Shown: in pieces, positions 49,020 to 62,110 of the stretch
How the letters are laid out: each line of letters starts with the position of its first letter
Numbering within the stretch: position 1 is the first letter of the stretch
DNA from: Squalus acanthias
Lineage: Eukaryota
DNA: 64,000 nucleotides
Direction of reading: 5' to 3'
Assembly (NCBI GenBank): GCA_030390025.1
Contig: CM059432.1
Coordinates: 48,486,001 to 48,550,000 of the forward strand
Notes under the pieces: generated by a model
What the model saw: the letters and a program-made list of their open reading frames with translations, nothing else
Database searches by the model: none
Told to the model about the DNA's origin: nothing
Program-made: the position numbers and the translations under genes

Positions 49020-50850
49020 ACCTACAAGTTGCATTTATATAGCACTTATATACACCACAGTGTACTCGACAAGGGTGGGGAGGAGAAAAAGAGGTCGACA
49101 TTGAGCAAGAAGTAAAGGAATTGGGTGGGATTGGCTGGTGGGGGTGGTGGTGGCGGCGTTGGAGAAAGAGAGGCTACTGAAGGCACAGCCTAAGAAAATG
49201 ATTTTTTTTTTTTTAAATCAGGCTTTTGAGGGTAAGCAGGTAACATGTAAAATAGTCAGGATGCATGTCTAAAATAGATCTACATTAGATAGTGGGCTGG
49301 CAATCAGATAGAACAGTAACAATCTGGACTCAATAGTGGTGACATAAAGACAGAGTTGGGTTGAGTCAGTGTACATGCATAACCACGCTTGTGAATGATG
49401 TTGCCAAGGGGTAGAATGTAGATGATGAATAAGAAGCAAGAGAGCTTTCTCATAAATGACCTTGCAAGCATGGGAGGAGAAATCATTTGAGGATATGTAG
49501 CAACAGGTAGGAGTGGAACCACAAGAGAATAAAACCTTTGAGGATATCAGTGTAGTGACACAGAATGTGATCAGTGGCTTTGACCAAGGTGGTCTGGACT
49601 GACCAGAAATCCAATTAGAGGGACTGCAATATGGAGTAGTGAGAGAGGTAAGGGTGTATTTGGGTAGCAATAAACATTCAAACACTGCGAATAGAAAGGT
49701 CAGTTTGGAGATAGGATGATAATTTGAAGGATAATGGGGACAAGGGCACACTTTTTAAAGGAGAGGGGTAATGATGTCAGTTTTAGAAGATGTGGGAATA
49801 ATGACAGAAGAAAGGAAGGAGTGACAATGCTAGTGGAGCCAAGAAGTAAAGTTGAATAGCTAGAAGTTAAGTTTAAAGGGGAAGGTTAAGAGAGCAGGCA
49901 GTGAGCTTTATCAAAGAAATGAGTCTGATAAGGACCAGGAGAGGAGATACTGCAATGTTGAGATTCTGGGCCAAGAAACAATTTAGGAGACAAGCGGATT
50001 GTGGGGAAATGGGGAGGGGAGCAGATGAGGTACAGAAAGGTGGCCTCAATTTTAGAAACAAATAAATCTACAAGTTCTTTACATCTAGAATAAGAGGAAG
50101 AGACAGTTTGTGCTGGAGAAAAGGATTTGGGGTTGCCCAACCCTCCAGGGGATAAGAACTTTTCATTATGAGAGGAGGATGCATATTACTTAAGTTGATC
50201 ATGATAGATTTGGCCGTAGACAGTAGGAAATTTATACTGCCCATGTATTCTGGTCTCTGGCCCATGGATTCGAGACCACAAAGACAGTTGTTGTACCAGG
50301 GAGAATAATAGGGGTAAGAAGCTATCTGGGACTGAGAGCACTGAAGTTGGATTCAAGGTAGTTATGGCGCAGATTGACAGGTCCAATTTTAGAAAAGAGT
50401 GAATTGGGAATTGGAGGCCGTTAGTGAGGGTGGCGATGTTAGAAGTGGACATGGGCATGTTCATAGTAAAATACATAAAGTTGATTGGAAATAGTCCGGT
50501 CAGTGATCATGACCTCGGAACGTAGTCTTGTGTGATAGCAAGATCAATGGAATGGGTGTAGATGGAAGTATTTGAAGGAGGAGGTTGTAAAGCAAATGGA
50601 GGACAGATAAATCAGGAGAGTGGGATACATGAATTTATGGCTCAGGCTAATGTTGCCAAGGACAAGGATCTGCTCAGAGTAATGGTTTAGTGAGGACAAA
50701 ACAGAGATTTCAGCAAAGAAGGCACTGGGTACTTTGAGATCTGGGTGAGGAAAAAGAGGATCTTGGCGAGGCAAGATGTGTGTTAGAGAGAGGTATTCAA
50801 ATGAGAAAATGGTGCCAGAGGAGTAAAGGGAAAGGCCAAGAGGAATTGTG
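49020..50850 (-). mobile_element. Very old L2 LINE remnant
   Basis: SNYHPISKLTFL and MYTDSTQLCL degenerate motifs; L2 tail at 49025. Confidence 0.65.
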
Positions 50851-52352
50851 GAGCTGGCGCTTACCTACTGTAATGTCAATTAGCTGCTTTTCAAGATGCT
50901 TAACATAATTAACTAGAACTGTTAATGTGAGCCATGACAGCTTGGGTGGGAAATGTGGTGGAACCTGTAGCCAGATAGGGCAGCCTTACTGAAGGATGTA
51001 AAATAGTCACAGTTGATGAGCTAAGTTTTGTTCAGGTCGAACACGCTAATGCTTTCATCCTGGAAGAGATTGTGGATGGGGAGAGCCTTGTTTGTGAGAG
51101 AGTGTGGATACAGAGAGAATTGGTAACGCAGGACTTGAGGGGAGGGGGAAAATCGGAGGGAGTGCGGAGATGTAATTACATTTACACAGTAGTTTAGTTC
51201 AACAATGCTATACAAGCAAGTTAGTTATTTTTCTCAGTTTCTGGCATAACCCCATTTTTAAAGTACATATCCAAAACTTCTATTTGCATTCTGAACCTTT
51301 ACTTTCTAAATGTAGTGGAATGTGGAACAGTAGAGAATGCAATAGTATCACTCGATTAAAAAAAGACAAATGTAAATAATTAAGTCAGTCACAGTAATCA
51401 TTTGCTCATCGAGCCAGTGTGTATATAACAGTTAGTACTCTTCACGCAGGAACATTTCAACTAGCTTTTAGCTCCGTTTCCTCAAAGCAGTTGATTTCAT
51501 TGTGTCAACCAGTCTTTAAATTTATTTGCTGGGTAACTGACAGATGTGCAGCATTGTTTTAAGCTGGCTTTCACTGTTAATACATCTAGTTAATTAGGTG
51601 TTCAACATCCTGGAAAGCAATTCATTGACATCACTGTCAGTGAGCACAAGCATGGAATACTTAATTATGGTAAACGATTTCAATAAATGGTAAAATATTT
51701 AAAAAGCAATAGTGTCAGCTGCAGTGATTAATCGTAGAAATAAAGCAATTCTACCATTAATTGCCTAATTGTCATCAATTTATTATTCATTTTAAAAATT
51801 GCACACTAATTAACACATTAGACACAAAATGAGCAAGCCTACTGTTCGCCAATTCGAAAGTGCCATTAAGAGCAGGGAAAATTAACAAATCTGATGCTGA
51901 ACCCTGCCCTCTGCAACTAGACTAAGATTCATTAACACACAGTATCAGTGTCAAACTGAACAGTCCATCATATTCTAGATATACTTGACCTTTATTGCAG
52001 CTAAATTAAAAGGCCCCTATTTCCTAAAGTTAATAAGGTGGACTGAGGACAATGGCAAGTAACTCAAAAATAAAAAATAAAATTCCTCTTGCACCTCTAG
52101 ATATGATCAGTCAACAATCTAGAAAGCTTAGCATACCTAATATTGTCAGGAAAAGCCTCAAACTGGGGAGCAAAAATATTTTAATTTTTAAATTAACAGG
52201 ACATAGTACTGAGTGGATTAGACATAAAATCACTTCAAAAGAAACTGAACATTAGAAAAAGCAGAGACTATTTTTTCTGTGTGCAAAACTACTATAAAAC
52301 ATTTGTTAAGTGTCAGCTTAGCCCAGTAATAGAGCCCCTGCCTCTAAGTCAG

Positions 52353-53155
52353 AACAACAACAACAACTTATATTTACATAGCGCCTTTAAAGTAGTAAAA
52401 TTTCCCAAGGAGCTTCACAGAACTGTAAAAAATTTGACACCGAGGCACACAAGGAGAAATTAGGGCAGATGACCAAAAGCTTGGTAAAAGAGGTAGGTTT
52501 TAAGGAGCGTCTTAAAGGAGGAAAGAGAGGCGGAGAGGTTTAGGCAGGGAATTCTAGAGCTTAGGGCCCAGGCAACTGAAGGCACGGCCACCAATGATTG
52601 AGCAATTATAATCAGAGATGCTCAAGAGGGCAGAATTAGAGGAGCGCAGATATCTCGGGGGGTTGTGGGGCTGGAGGAGATTAGAGATAGGGAGGGCGAG
52701 GCCATGGAGGGATTTGAAAACAAGGATGAGAATTTTGAAATCGAGGCGCTGCTTAACCGGGAGCCAATGTAGCTCAGCAAGCACAGGGGTGATGGGCGAA
52801 CGGGACTTGGTGTGAGTTAGAACACGGGCAGCCAAGTTTTGGATGACCTCTAGTTTATGTAGGGTAGAACGTGGGAGGCCAGGAGTACGTTGGAATAGTC
52901 AAGTCTAGAGGTAACATAGGCATGGATGAGAGTTTCAGCAGCGGATGAAATGAGGCAGGGACGGAGATGGGCGATGTTACGGAGGTGGAAATAGGTGGTT
53001 TTAGTTATGCCGCGCATGTGTGATTGGAAGCTCATTTCAGGGTCAAATATGACACCAAGGTTGCGAACAGTGTGGTTCAGCCTTAGACGGATGCTAGGGA
53101 GAGGGATGGAGTCAGTGGCTATGGAACAGAGTTTGTGGCAGGGACCGAAAACAGA
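52353..53155 (-). mobile_element. L2 LINE 3' fragment
   Basis: VRNLGVIFD, FHLRNIA, SRLDYSN and HWLPVKQRLDFKIL motifs; (AAC)n tail. Confidence 0.92.
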
Positions 53156-53177
53156 AGGTAATGGATTCAACGACTAA

Positions 53178-53510
53178 AGCATATAATCTAGGCTGACACT
53201 TCAGTACAGTACTTTATCAAAAGTGCCGTCTTACGAATGAGACGTTAAACCAAGTCTGCCTATTTAAGTTGACGTTAAAGATCTTATGGCATTATTCAAA
53301 GTGGAGCAGGGGAGTTCTCCTCATATCCTGGCCAACATCTATGCCTCAACTGAAGACCTCAAACAGATTATCAGGTCATTTATCTCATATGAGCAAACTG
53401 GCAGCCTCACTTGCCTCCAAAACAACAGTTCAAAAAGCAATATTTGGCTGAGAAGTGCGTTAGCATGTCCTGAGGACGTGAAAAGGGCTATAGAAAAATG
53501 CAAGCTCTTT
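53178..53510 (+). mobile_element. Deu-domain SINE, degenerate
   Basis: gtgccgtcttacgaatgagacgttaaacc core, same family as the copy at 48600. Confidence 0.65.
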
Positions 53511-54507
53511 GTTAGATTTAGACGGTTAAACTGATAAAAAATTAAAGCTCAATCATGAAGTTGTTGTTCACATATCTTGGAGAATAGTGCAAAGCAGCGA
53601 AAGGATCACAGGCTGATTAACAGTCTAACAGGCCGCAACGGGAACATTCCTATAGGTTAGTCCTACAGCGGGAGGGGTTTTCCCACAACCTATATGACGG
53701 GGGACCACCCACACCCAACGAATGCAAGTAGCCCACTGGATAACCCAGAATTTAGAGCCGGATCTCTGGTCTCCACTCGTGGAACTCGTAGAATGTATTT
53801 CAAACCCTGCACCTTCTGACTAAGAGGCTGGAATGGTACCATTAAGCCAAAGGCTCACTCCCTTAACCATGAAGTAGCACCTAATATATTGACCAGTATA
53901 GGTTCCACTTTAGTCCCCTTTCCTTTCAGGTACCATTTACAAACAAAGAGGCCAAACTGGCAATCTATTCCCATGTTTCTGTCAATGACACTCTTGAGCT
54001 CGCCGCCACAAGATCTCAGAGTGAACTGGCCAAATCTTCCCCCACCTGCCCCCCCCAAAAAAACAGTATTTCACCATCACTCACAACCTCCAATACATGG
54101 AATGGATGAGATTAGGCTCACCAAGTGAGAAAAGCACAAGAGGAGACACCATATGCTATCACTGGGTGATGAAGTACATTGGTGCATCAACATTCAGAGA
54201 GGCTCCAGTCTCAGCCAGGCCTTATGCAAGACAAGATGAAGCAATTCTCCAAAGAGACTGAGCAAAAGGACAAATCCAATTATAAATGTCCAAGCAACCA
54301 CCTCAAGGGGAGGCTTTGACAGAAGCCGGAGAGCTGACCTGTTCACTGTCTGTGAGTGTTCAGGATGCCATGGTAAAAACACAGAAAATCCATGATTACA
54401 AACTTGGTTCCATAATTCATCAAAACAAAACAAAACAGAGTTGAAGAAGGACCATTGTTTAACAAAGGCACAGAATAAATGAACATTAAGAGGTAATGAG
54501 AGAGAAT

Positions 54508-54633
54508 TCTTTTTTTATTATTCGTTCCTGGGATGTGGGCGTCGCTGGCAAGGCCAGCATTTATTGCCCATCCCTAACTGCCCTCGAGAAAGTTGTGGTG
54601 AGCCGCCTTCTTGAACCGCTGCAGTCCGTGTGG
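54508..54633 (-). mobile_element. 3' tail-only insertion of the tRNA-headed LINE/SINE family
   Basis: gggatgtgggcgtcgctggcaaggccagcatttattgcccatccc next to a T run. Confidence 0.85.
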
Positions 54634-54852
54634 TATTTCACAATCATCTGTTTTATTTATGATTCTTGGCCAAACGCAGTGGATTGCTTATTAAACTAGA
54701 ACAATGTTACATTCCAGTGAAAATTAATAGTTTATTCTCTTCATTTTAAATGATTCAAATAAATTTTTTGGCAGTAAAACATGAATTATTATACATGGTT
54801 TAAAAACATTTGTCTCCTGCTGGACAGTCGCAGAGTTAGTATAAAATATAAT

Positions 54853-56424
54853 GGGGCAGAAATTCCGTTCCCTACGGGTGTGTACGCGCTGTGTACTCAC
54901 CCATAGGGCCAACGGAAATGCCGGTTTTAGGCATGCATTGCGCATGTGCTGGAAACCGGCATTTCCAATCTGTGAAGAAAGCTCTTGACAGATCCTCTGC
55001 CTGCCTGGGAGCAGGGCCTCTGCGGGTGGAGAGTTCCGTTTTTTGGAGACCCTCCGCCCGCAGAAAACACTTACAATTCTTGCGCCTGGTAAAAGCAGGC
55101 GTAAGGCCTGCTTTTACCAGGATAAGAGTTGAAAAAAGTTTAAAAAAAAAATTCCACTGATTTATCATTTAAAAATACTTTAAAGAAAGATAAGTTTATT
55201 TTTAGCCCCGTTAAAAACTTTAATTATTTTTTTCAAAAAAATAAAATTTTTGTTTAAAATACTTAATTTATTGTAATTTAAAGTCATTTTAAAAATGTGA
55301 TTTTTTTTTTAAATTTATTTAAGTTTTACTATGTTTTGGGGGTGCTCTCCATTCATATATTTGACAGGTCTATCTGTCAAATGCAAATGTATGTGATGCG
55401 GAGATTCCGGTGTTGGACTGGGGTGGACAAAAATGAGAAGTCGCACAACACCAGGTTATAGTCCAACAGTTTTATTTGAAATCACGAGCTTTCGGAGCGC
55501 TGCTCCTTCATCAGGTAAAGTGAGGGAATACAAATCAGATACAAAGCATATATAGACAGAGAACAATGTGTTTCTGACTGCCCTCCATCACACCACCTCG
55601 GCAGAGATACAATCAGTCAGGAAGGCATTAAATCAAAGACACAGCAAAATACAGCTAAGACAATGAGGTGGGGTCACAGGGGGTCCAACGTGTCAAATGC
55701 TGCAGTCTGCAGTTAAGCATTTTACTTGTTTTAAAAACTGGAAATCACATCTGTGAACAAGACAACGACGACTCTAGTCTGAATGACTCTACGTCATGTA
55801 GCGTGACATGAAACCAAGATCCCGGTTGAGGCCGTCCTCATGGGTGCGGAACTTGGCTATCAGTTTCTGCTCGATGATTTTGCGTTGTCGTGTGTCTCCA
55901 AGGCCGCCTTGGAGAACGCTTACCCGCAGATCCGAGGCTGAATGTCCTTGACTGCTGAAGTGTTCCCCGACTGGGAGGTAACAAGATGTAATGCCTTCCT
56001 GACTGATTGTATCTCTGCCGAGGTGGTGTGATGGAGGGCAGTCAGAAACACATTGTTCTCTGTCTATATAAGCTTTGTATCTGATTTGTATTCCCTCACT
56101 TTACCTGACGAAGGAGCAGCGCTCCGAAAGCTCGTGATTTCAAATAAAACTGTTGGACTATAACCTGCTGTTGTGCGACTTCTCATTTTTGTCAAATGTA
56201 TGAAGGGAGATTCCCTTCTCTGATTGGCTCCCCGTGGCCCACGTGATCCAGGGACGCTGCAAACCACCTGCGCCTCTGGGATACGTGGGCCCTGCACACC
56301 GGCAGTTTGGAGAGGCCCAGCAACGGAACTCTGCGCCTCCCGGGAGCCCTCCGGTCCAGGCGCAGATTTTTTCCAGATCGCAGCCCTCCGCCTGCGGGAG
56401 GCCTGCGAACGGAATTTCTGGGCC
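54853..56424. mobile_element. Harbinger-like MITE (copy B), interrupted by a Penelope-like element
   Basis: TIRs GGGGCAGAAATTCCGTTC / GAACGGAATTTCTGGGCC, 3-bp TSD AAT; AT-rich core alignable with copy A. Confidence 0.82.
55394..56192 (-). mobile_element. Penelope-like (family 2) short copy with inverted pseudo-LTRs
   Basis: GIY-YIG C-terminus at about 55790-55983; inverted arms 55426-55630 and 55989-56193; flanking direct repeat caaatgtatg. Confidence 0.92.
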
Positions 56425-56493
56425 AATAAATTCATGAATATGAATTCTTTGAACATTAGAATATCTAGTACAGCAAAGAGAGTGACAACATAC

Positions 56494-56552
56494 CTGCTGA
56501 TAGTCCTATCAATTAGACACAGCTCTTGGGATGATTGATCACCATGTGCCAT
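56494..56552 (-). CDS. LRRCC1: LRRCC1 first coding exon, coding part (MAHGDQSSQELCLIDRTIS). The whole exon is probably 56494-56592, including 40 nt of 5' UTR.
   Basis: ATG in GGA-ATG-G context at 56552, donor CAG|GTATGT, upstream acceptor tttttctgatttag|G at 56592. The phase-2 end (AG) joins the next exon's C to give Ser. Resembles the CxxDKxLxS motif preceding the LRRs of vertebrate LRRCC1 as I recall it. Confidence 0.8.
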
Positions 56553-56819
56553 TCCACTTCATTATATAGTACAACTGTCAGTTATTTGAATCCTAAATCA
56601 GAAAAAGAAAAAAAATTCAATTTACTCAAACATTGAGAAGCTTCATCTCATTACTCACAGTAGGATTCTCCTATCTTTGCACCAGAGAGACTACACAGAC
56701 TGAGAACTGCAAGTATATACTTGAACTTACATTTCTATCTTTTGGACTGCTGTGCTCGATGTGATCATTCTGCTTAAATTACAGAAATAAAGTTACAGTA
56801 GTATTTACTTCACTCAATA

Positions 56820-57385
56820 ATGTGCATTTATTTAGCACCTTTAACATTATAAAACATCCCAAGGCACTTCACATAGGAGCAATCAGGCCCTGAGCGGTAG
56901 TAGAAGAGTTAGGAAAGATGACCAAAAATATGGCTGAAAAGACAGGCTTTGAGGAGGCTTTTAAAGTCAGGGAGAAAAGTAGCAAGGCAAAGAGGTTTAG
57001 GGAGGAAATTCTAGAGAGTACGGTCGAGGCAGCGAGGAGTGCTGGGAAGAGGATATGCACAGGAAGTCAGAGTCAGAGGACCAATGAGCAGCAGTTAGCA
57101 TGTAGGGTCTGAAGATGTTGCAGAGGTTCAGTGGAGCAAGGCATGTGGGGATCTGTAAACAGAGACAGGGAATTGAGTGTGTTGGGGGATCAGGAAGTTA
57201 GTAGTGGTCTGCAAGGATAGAGGTGATAGGCGAGCAGGGCTTAGTATAGGACAGGGTGCAGTAGTTTTAGAAAAGTTGAAGTTTGTTTAAGATGGAACTC
57301 AAGAGACCAGAATTGAAGGTGTTTTTTTTTTTTAGAAGAAATCATGTCTTGAGGTAATGAAAGCATAGACAAGGCTCATGCCAGC
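56820..57385 (-). mobile_element. Old L2 3' fragment
   Basis: L2 tail gcatttatttagcacctttaac and decayed similarity to 52353-52930. Confidence 0.65.
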
Positions 57386-57799
57386 ATTATTTTTTGTTAG
57401 TCAAGGCAGCTCTTTTTAATCCCAGTTACCTGCCTATTCACTATACCCCTTAATACCATTACATCTCAAGTCAGTATCTTCCTTCGAACCACCTCAGTTG
57501 ACATTCTGGGTCAATGAGAGCCACTTTCTCACAACCTTTTACGTGAAGCTGTTTTTTTCCCTGATTTGTTTTTCGCCAGTTTTCAAATTCTCACTCAGTA
57601 AATACGCATGTCCGACAATAAGACTGCTTGGTTCAATTACAACCTGCTGTACTCTCATGGGCTCATTCTGCTTAATTTTTAATTAAGAATATAAAGTCAC
57701 ACGAATCCCAATTTTATTTTATAATTACAAACTTCCCAAAATGTCTCAAATTAGAAAAATTCATGACGAACTATTTTTAAAAGGTATTTAAAATCTCAA

Positions 57800-59850
57800 C
57801 AATTTCCATTTATGTAGCACCTTCAACATAAAAACATTCCAAAGCACTTCATAAATAGGAACATGGAAAATGAACGCAGAGCAATGGAGAGAGATGGGGT
57901 GATCAAAAGCTTGGTCAGAGATGGGTCGCTCAGTTTTTAAAAAGGACAGAGAGCGTTGGCTTAATGCTGGAGCAGAGAGAGGGGTGATGCACAAGAGGCC
58001 AGAGTCAGAGGAATTCAGGGCTGGAGGAGGTTGTGGAGGGAAGGTGGAGCAAGGCCGTGGAGGAATTTACAGATGATGGCAAGGATTTTAAATTTGAGGC
58101 ATTGGGGGAGAGGGAACCAAAGTAGATCAGAAAGGTTGATACACGAGTGGGAATTAGTGCAGGACAGGAATACATGCAACAGAGTTTTAGACAAGGTGAA
58201 GTTTATGGAGGATGAGACCAGCAAGGAGAGCGTTGAAGTAGTTGAAACTGGAGGTGATAAAGCTTTATTAGGGTTTCAGTGGCAGAGGGGATGAAGTGGG
58301 GTGGGCAGTGTTGCACAGGTGGAAGTAAGCATCCTTAGTGATGGAGGAGATAAGCGGACAAGTTTAGCTTGGGGTCGAACAAGACGCAGTGGTTGCGAAC
58401 AATCTAATTCAGATTAATACTGTGGCTGGGGAGGGGGTGAAATCAGTGACAAGGGAGCTGAGTTTGTGGTGGAAGTTGAAGACCATGGCGTCTGTCTTCC
58501 CAATGTTGAGGAAGTTGAGATTTAGCCAAGACTGGATGTCAGACATGCAGTCTGACAATACGTTGACAGCCAATGGATCAAAAGAGGTAGTGTAAAGGTA
58601 GAACTGGAGATCATCAGTGTAATGTGGAAGCTGAACTGTGTCTGCAGATGATGCTGCTAAGGCGCACCATGTAGATGAGGAAGAGAAGGGGAGCAAGGAT
58701 TGATCCTTGGGTAACTCCAGAAGTGAAAGTTAAAACATTAAGATTTTTGAATTACACAGATGTTTTCTCTGCATTTACATCCCAAACATATTGCAGCTTC
58801 TCTCATTTGTTTGCTAATCTCTAAAATTTTAGTTGACAAAAAGTCAATGAATAATTGCACTGTCTATAATAATGTTGAACATACTGTAAGTAACCAGAGG
58901 TGAAAGATACAGATTTATGCCTAGTCTTCACCAAATGGTCAGAACATAACTTGGCCATCTTGTCATGGAAAGTGACAAGCGTAGGTTGGAGGCAGAAGAT
59001 ATCAGAGGAGTCACAGATATAGGTGGATAGGGGCTGGGTGAAGTAGGACACATGGGGGCGGGAAAAGAGGATAGAATCTAGGCTAGAGGAAATTAGTTCA
59101 ATGGCAAAGGAACAGATTGAAACAATTAGTCTGCCGAGACATCCCACCTGTGTACCTTGGGAAGATAGAAATGAGCTGTGCAAGGTTGGGAACAATGAAA
59201 TGGGAGGCAATGGGGCACATGAGGGGTTAAGATCTCTGGAAGAAATCAGATCAGTAACAAGAAACTGTCAACAAAATAATGGCCTGGTGTTCAGCTGTGG
59301 GCTCATGGACCAGAGGGAGATTGGAGGAATCATCAAAAAAGTTGGCATTCAGCCTCAGACAGTTAGAGGTCCTTCGCCATTGAACAACAGCATCTGCTTT
59401 GTCAGCAGGTTTGATAACGATGTCAATGTTGAAGCCAAGAGAATAGAGAGCTACAAGTTCAAAGGGAGATAGATTGGAGTGGGAAAGGGAAATAGAGAAA
59501 CAGAGACAATGTCATAGCGGCAGATTGTTCGAGATCAACGTGGATGGTGAAAACCCAGCAAGGAGTGAGGTTAGAAAGATAAGGTCAGTAGAAAGTAAAG
59601 AGGGATTAGGGGTGGGGCAGCATCCAGGAGTTACTTAATCTCCCAGCTCTTAATATCTGAAAGTAAGAAAAATAGTTTTTTGTGAAAGCATTGGATGAGA
59701 TGAAGGATGATATAGATCTAAGAACCAAGACAGCTAGGATGTTGATCTGAGCTAGGATATAGATTGAGCCAATGCTGTTGAAAGGAGAGGTCGAGAGTGT
59801 GCATGTGGCGGCCTTGGTAGAGAGGCTGAATTGCATGTGGTGCTGAGAGT
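57800..59850 (-). mobile_element. Old L2 LINE remnant
   Basis: LKFKILAIICKFLHGLAPP, YTDDLQFYL and LNIGKT motifs; the part beyond about 58730 is less certain. Confidence 0.65.
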
Positions 59851-59871
59851 AGCAGTCAGAGGGGAATAAAA

Positions 59872-60285
59872 AGATTTGCTTTTGTTTGGCACCTTTCACA
59901 TCCTCAGCACATCTCAAAGCACTTCACAGCCAATTCATTATTCTTAAAGTGCTGTTTTTATAGAAACACACAGCACAGTAAGGTAAAAGAAATAGCCAGT
60001 TATTCTTATTTGGTGGTGTTGATTGAGAGATAAATGATAGCCAGGACACCAAGAATGTTCCCTGTTCCTCTTCAAATATTGTCAGATGGTCTTTTCTATC
60101 CACCAGACCAGGCAGATAGGGCCTCAGTTTAATGTCTCATCCGAAAGATGGCATCTATGAAACTGAAGCAATTCTTTAGTATTAAATTGTCAGCCCAGAT
60201 TATGTGCTCAAGTCCTAGATAATGGCATAAGCCCATGATCTTCTGACTCAGAGGCAAGAGTGCAACCACTGATCCAGACTGACAA
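59872..60285 (-). mobile_element. Deu-domain SINE with tRNA-like head, degenerate
   Basis: gcctcagtttaatgtctcatccgaaagatggca core; tRNA-like end near 60230-60275. Confidence 0.65.
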
Positions 60286-60599
60286 GCTAAGGAATGTTGA
60301 ATATCACTAAGGTATCAATGGTCATTATCCAAAAGAGGAAGAGGGAAGCTTCAGCTAGAATCCACGTGATGAGAGTTGGAGCAGGAGGCAGGTGTAGAGA
60401 TTAAAGGAAAGACACAGCTGTAAAAGCAGGTCTTAGCAAATACAGAGTCAAAGATAAGGTAAGAGATAACAACGAGGGTGAACAGGATGAGACAACTGGA
60501 AACACAATGGAAAAAGGAATGGAACTTTGACAAGGGTTTCCAAATATGCCAGCCTTGAAGAAGTTAGGTGAAGCATTTCCCTATATGCAAAAATACTTT

Positions 60600-61022
60600 A
60601 AGACACTAACTCCATCCCTCTCCCTGGTAACTGTCTGAGGCTGAACCAGACTGTTTGCAACCTTGACATCCTACTTGACCCCGAGATAAACTTTCCGATC
60701 CCATATCCGCTTCAACACCAAAACCACCTACATCCACCTCCGTAACTTTGCCCATCTCCGCCTCAGCCCATCTGCTGTTGAAACCCTCATCTATGCCTTT
60801 GTTACCTCTAGACCAATGTTCCCTCTAATTTTTTTTGGCCTTTAAGGGGCTGCGCGGGCCATTCAAAATTCCGCGCACGCGCAGGCCGTTCAAAAGCCGA
60901 CTCACCGGCTGCACGGGACCTGCAGAGAGCTGCGTGTTTTGTTTGATAAATTGCTTCTGTGAAGCACCATGGGGCATTTTACTATGTTAAAGGTGCTACA
61001 TAAATGCAAGTTGTTGTAGTTG
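60600..61022 (+). mobile_element. L2 fragment interrupted by one end of a hAT-like element (about 60815-60936)
   Basis: L2 motif AVETLIYAFVTSR, then a CAATGTTCCCTCTAA terminus and GC-rich segment, then the L2 tail. Confidence 0.6.
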
Positions 61023-61729
61023 TAGACAAAACTTGAGATTTTTAGGTCATTCGCACACATCTCGTGCCCTCCTTATACGAATAGGGCTGTTGCTTATGCC
61101 AAACTTGTTGTCGGAGGCAACCCGATTATGTAAACAACCCAGCAGCCCAACCTCAGAAGAGCACCCCCAAATGCACCAGTGGTGTGTTTTCATTGCCTAT
61201 CCCAGGCGCCCTGTGGCCTAAGTGAGATTGCCAATTTATGCTGAATTATGAATAGATTTATGCTTTAATCATATGTCCACTAGGGACTAGATTGAGATTG
61301 CTCATTGGGCAGTCATAGGACAGATGAGACTTTCATCCCATCCCTCCGGGCTCATTTGGCTAGGGAAATGGTGGGGGGGGTTAGCTGGATGCTGCCGATA
61401 AAAAGTGCTGCACCAGGAAAACTAAATGGCAGTTCATACTGGTGTATCTTGAGTTTGGCTGCGACGCCCACATCCCATAAAAAGGAATTTTAAAAAAGAA
61501 TGACCTCTCAGCCCTTTGCAGTCCTACACCCCACACACCAGGGAAGATACAAGCCTGACTGGCACAGTCATGAATTTGCACCCAGTGTGCATGCGCTGTT
61601 GATTTATAGTTGTTCTACAACTTAGGAACACCTGGACATATACAGTTATCCCAGGCAGTGATCAAGAGATTAATCGTTAATTCCTGGACACTCCAGCTCA
61701 ATCCTGGAGGGTTGACAACAGTATAACTG

Positions 61730-62110
61730 CGGTCTTACCCGTCACACTCCAGCCGCCGCCTCAGGCCCCGCGATCCCAACTCCTGTCTCACCACAAACAT
61801 TACCAAGCTCACTAACCCGCCAGCTTCAGCCGGTCAGACCGAGCCGCTTCCGCCTCTTCCCTTTGACCCCGTCTCCATCGCAACGGCCGAGCTAGGCCGG
61901 GCCGATCGGGAGCTCCGGTTTCCCGGGGAACCGAGCCGAGCGGGCCCCGCCTCTCCCTCAAACTTTGCCGCTCAAACAGTTTAAACTCGGCGCCTCGACC
62001 CAGTTCCGGCCCCGCTGGGCCGAGCTCCGCCCGCTCCCGAGTCCCCCCGCCCACCATTAGCCGCCGCAGCCAAGAATAAGCGCAGGGCACTTAACCATCC
62101 GCCCCTTGGG
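61730..62110 (-). promoter_or_regulatory. LRRCC1: CpG island: probable LRRCC1 promoter and non-coding first exon
   Basis: CpG-dense stretch with no recognisable repeat, upstream of the ATG exon. GC boxes at 62027, 62047 and 62099, ETS-type CCGGAA near 62004-62009. Candidate donors GTG|GTGAGA (exon end 61792) and CGG|GTAAGA (exon end 61739). Confidence 0.7.

Noticed and set aside
56064..56493. Extension of the 162-aa ORF beyond the first coding exon
   Set aside because: It reads through a strong donor into MITE and Penelope sequence; only the first 19-20 codons resemble LRRCC1.
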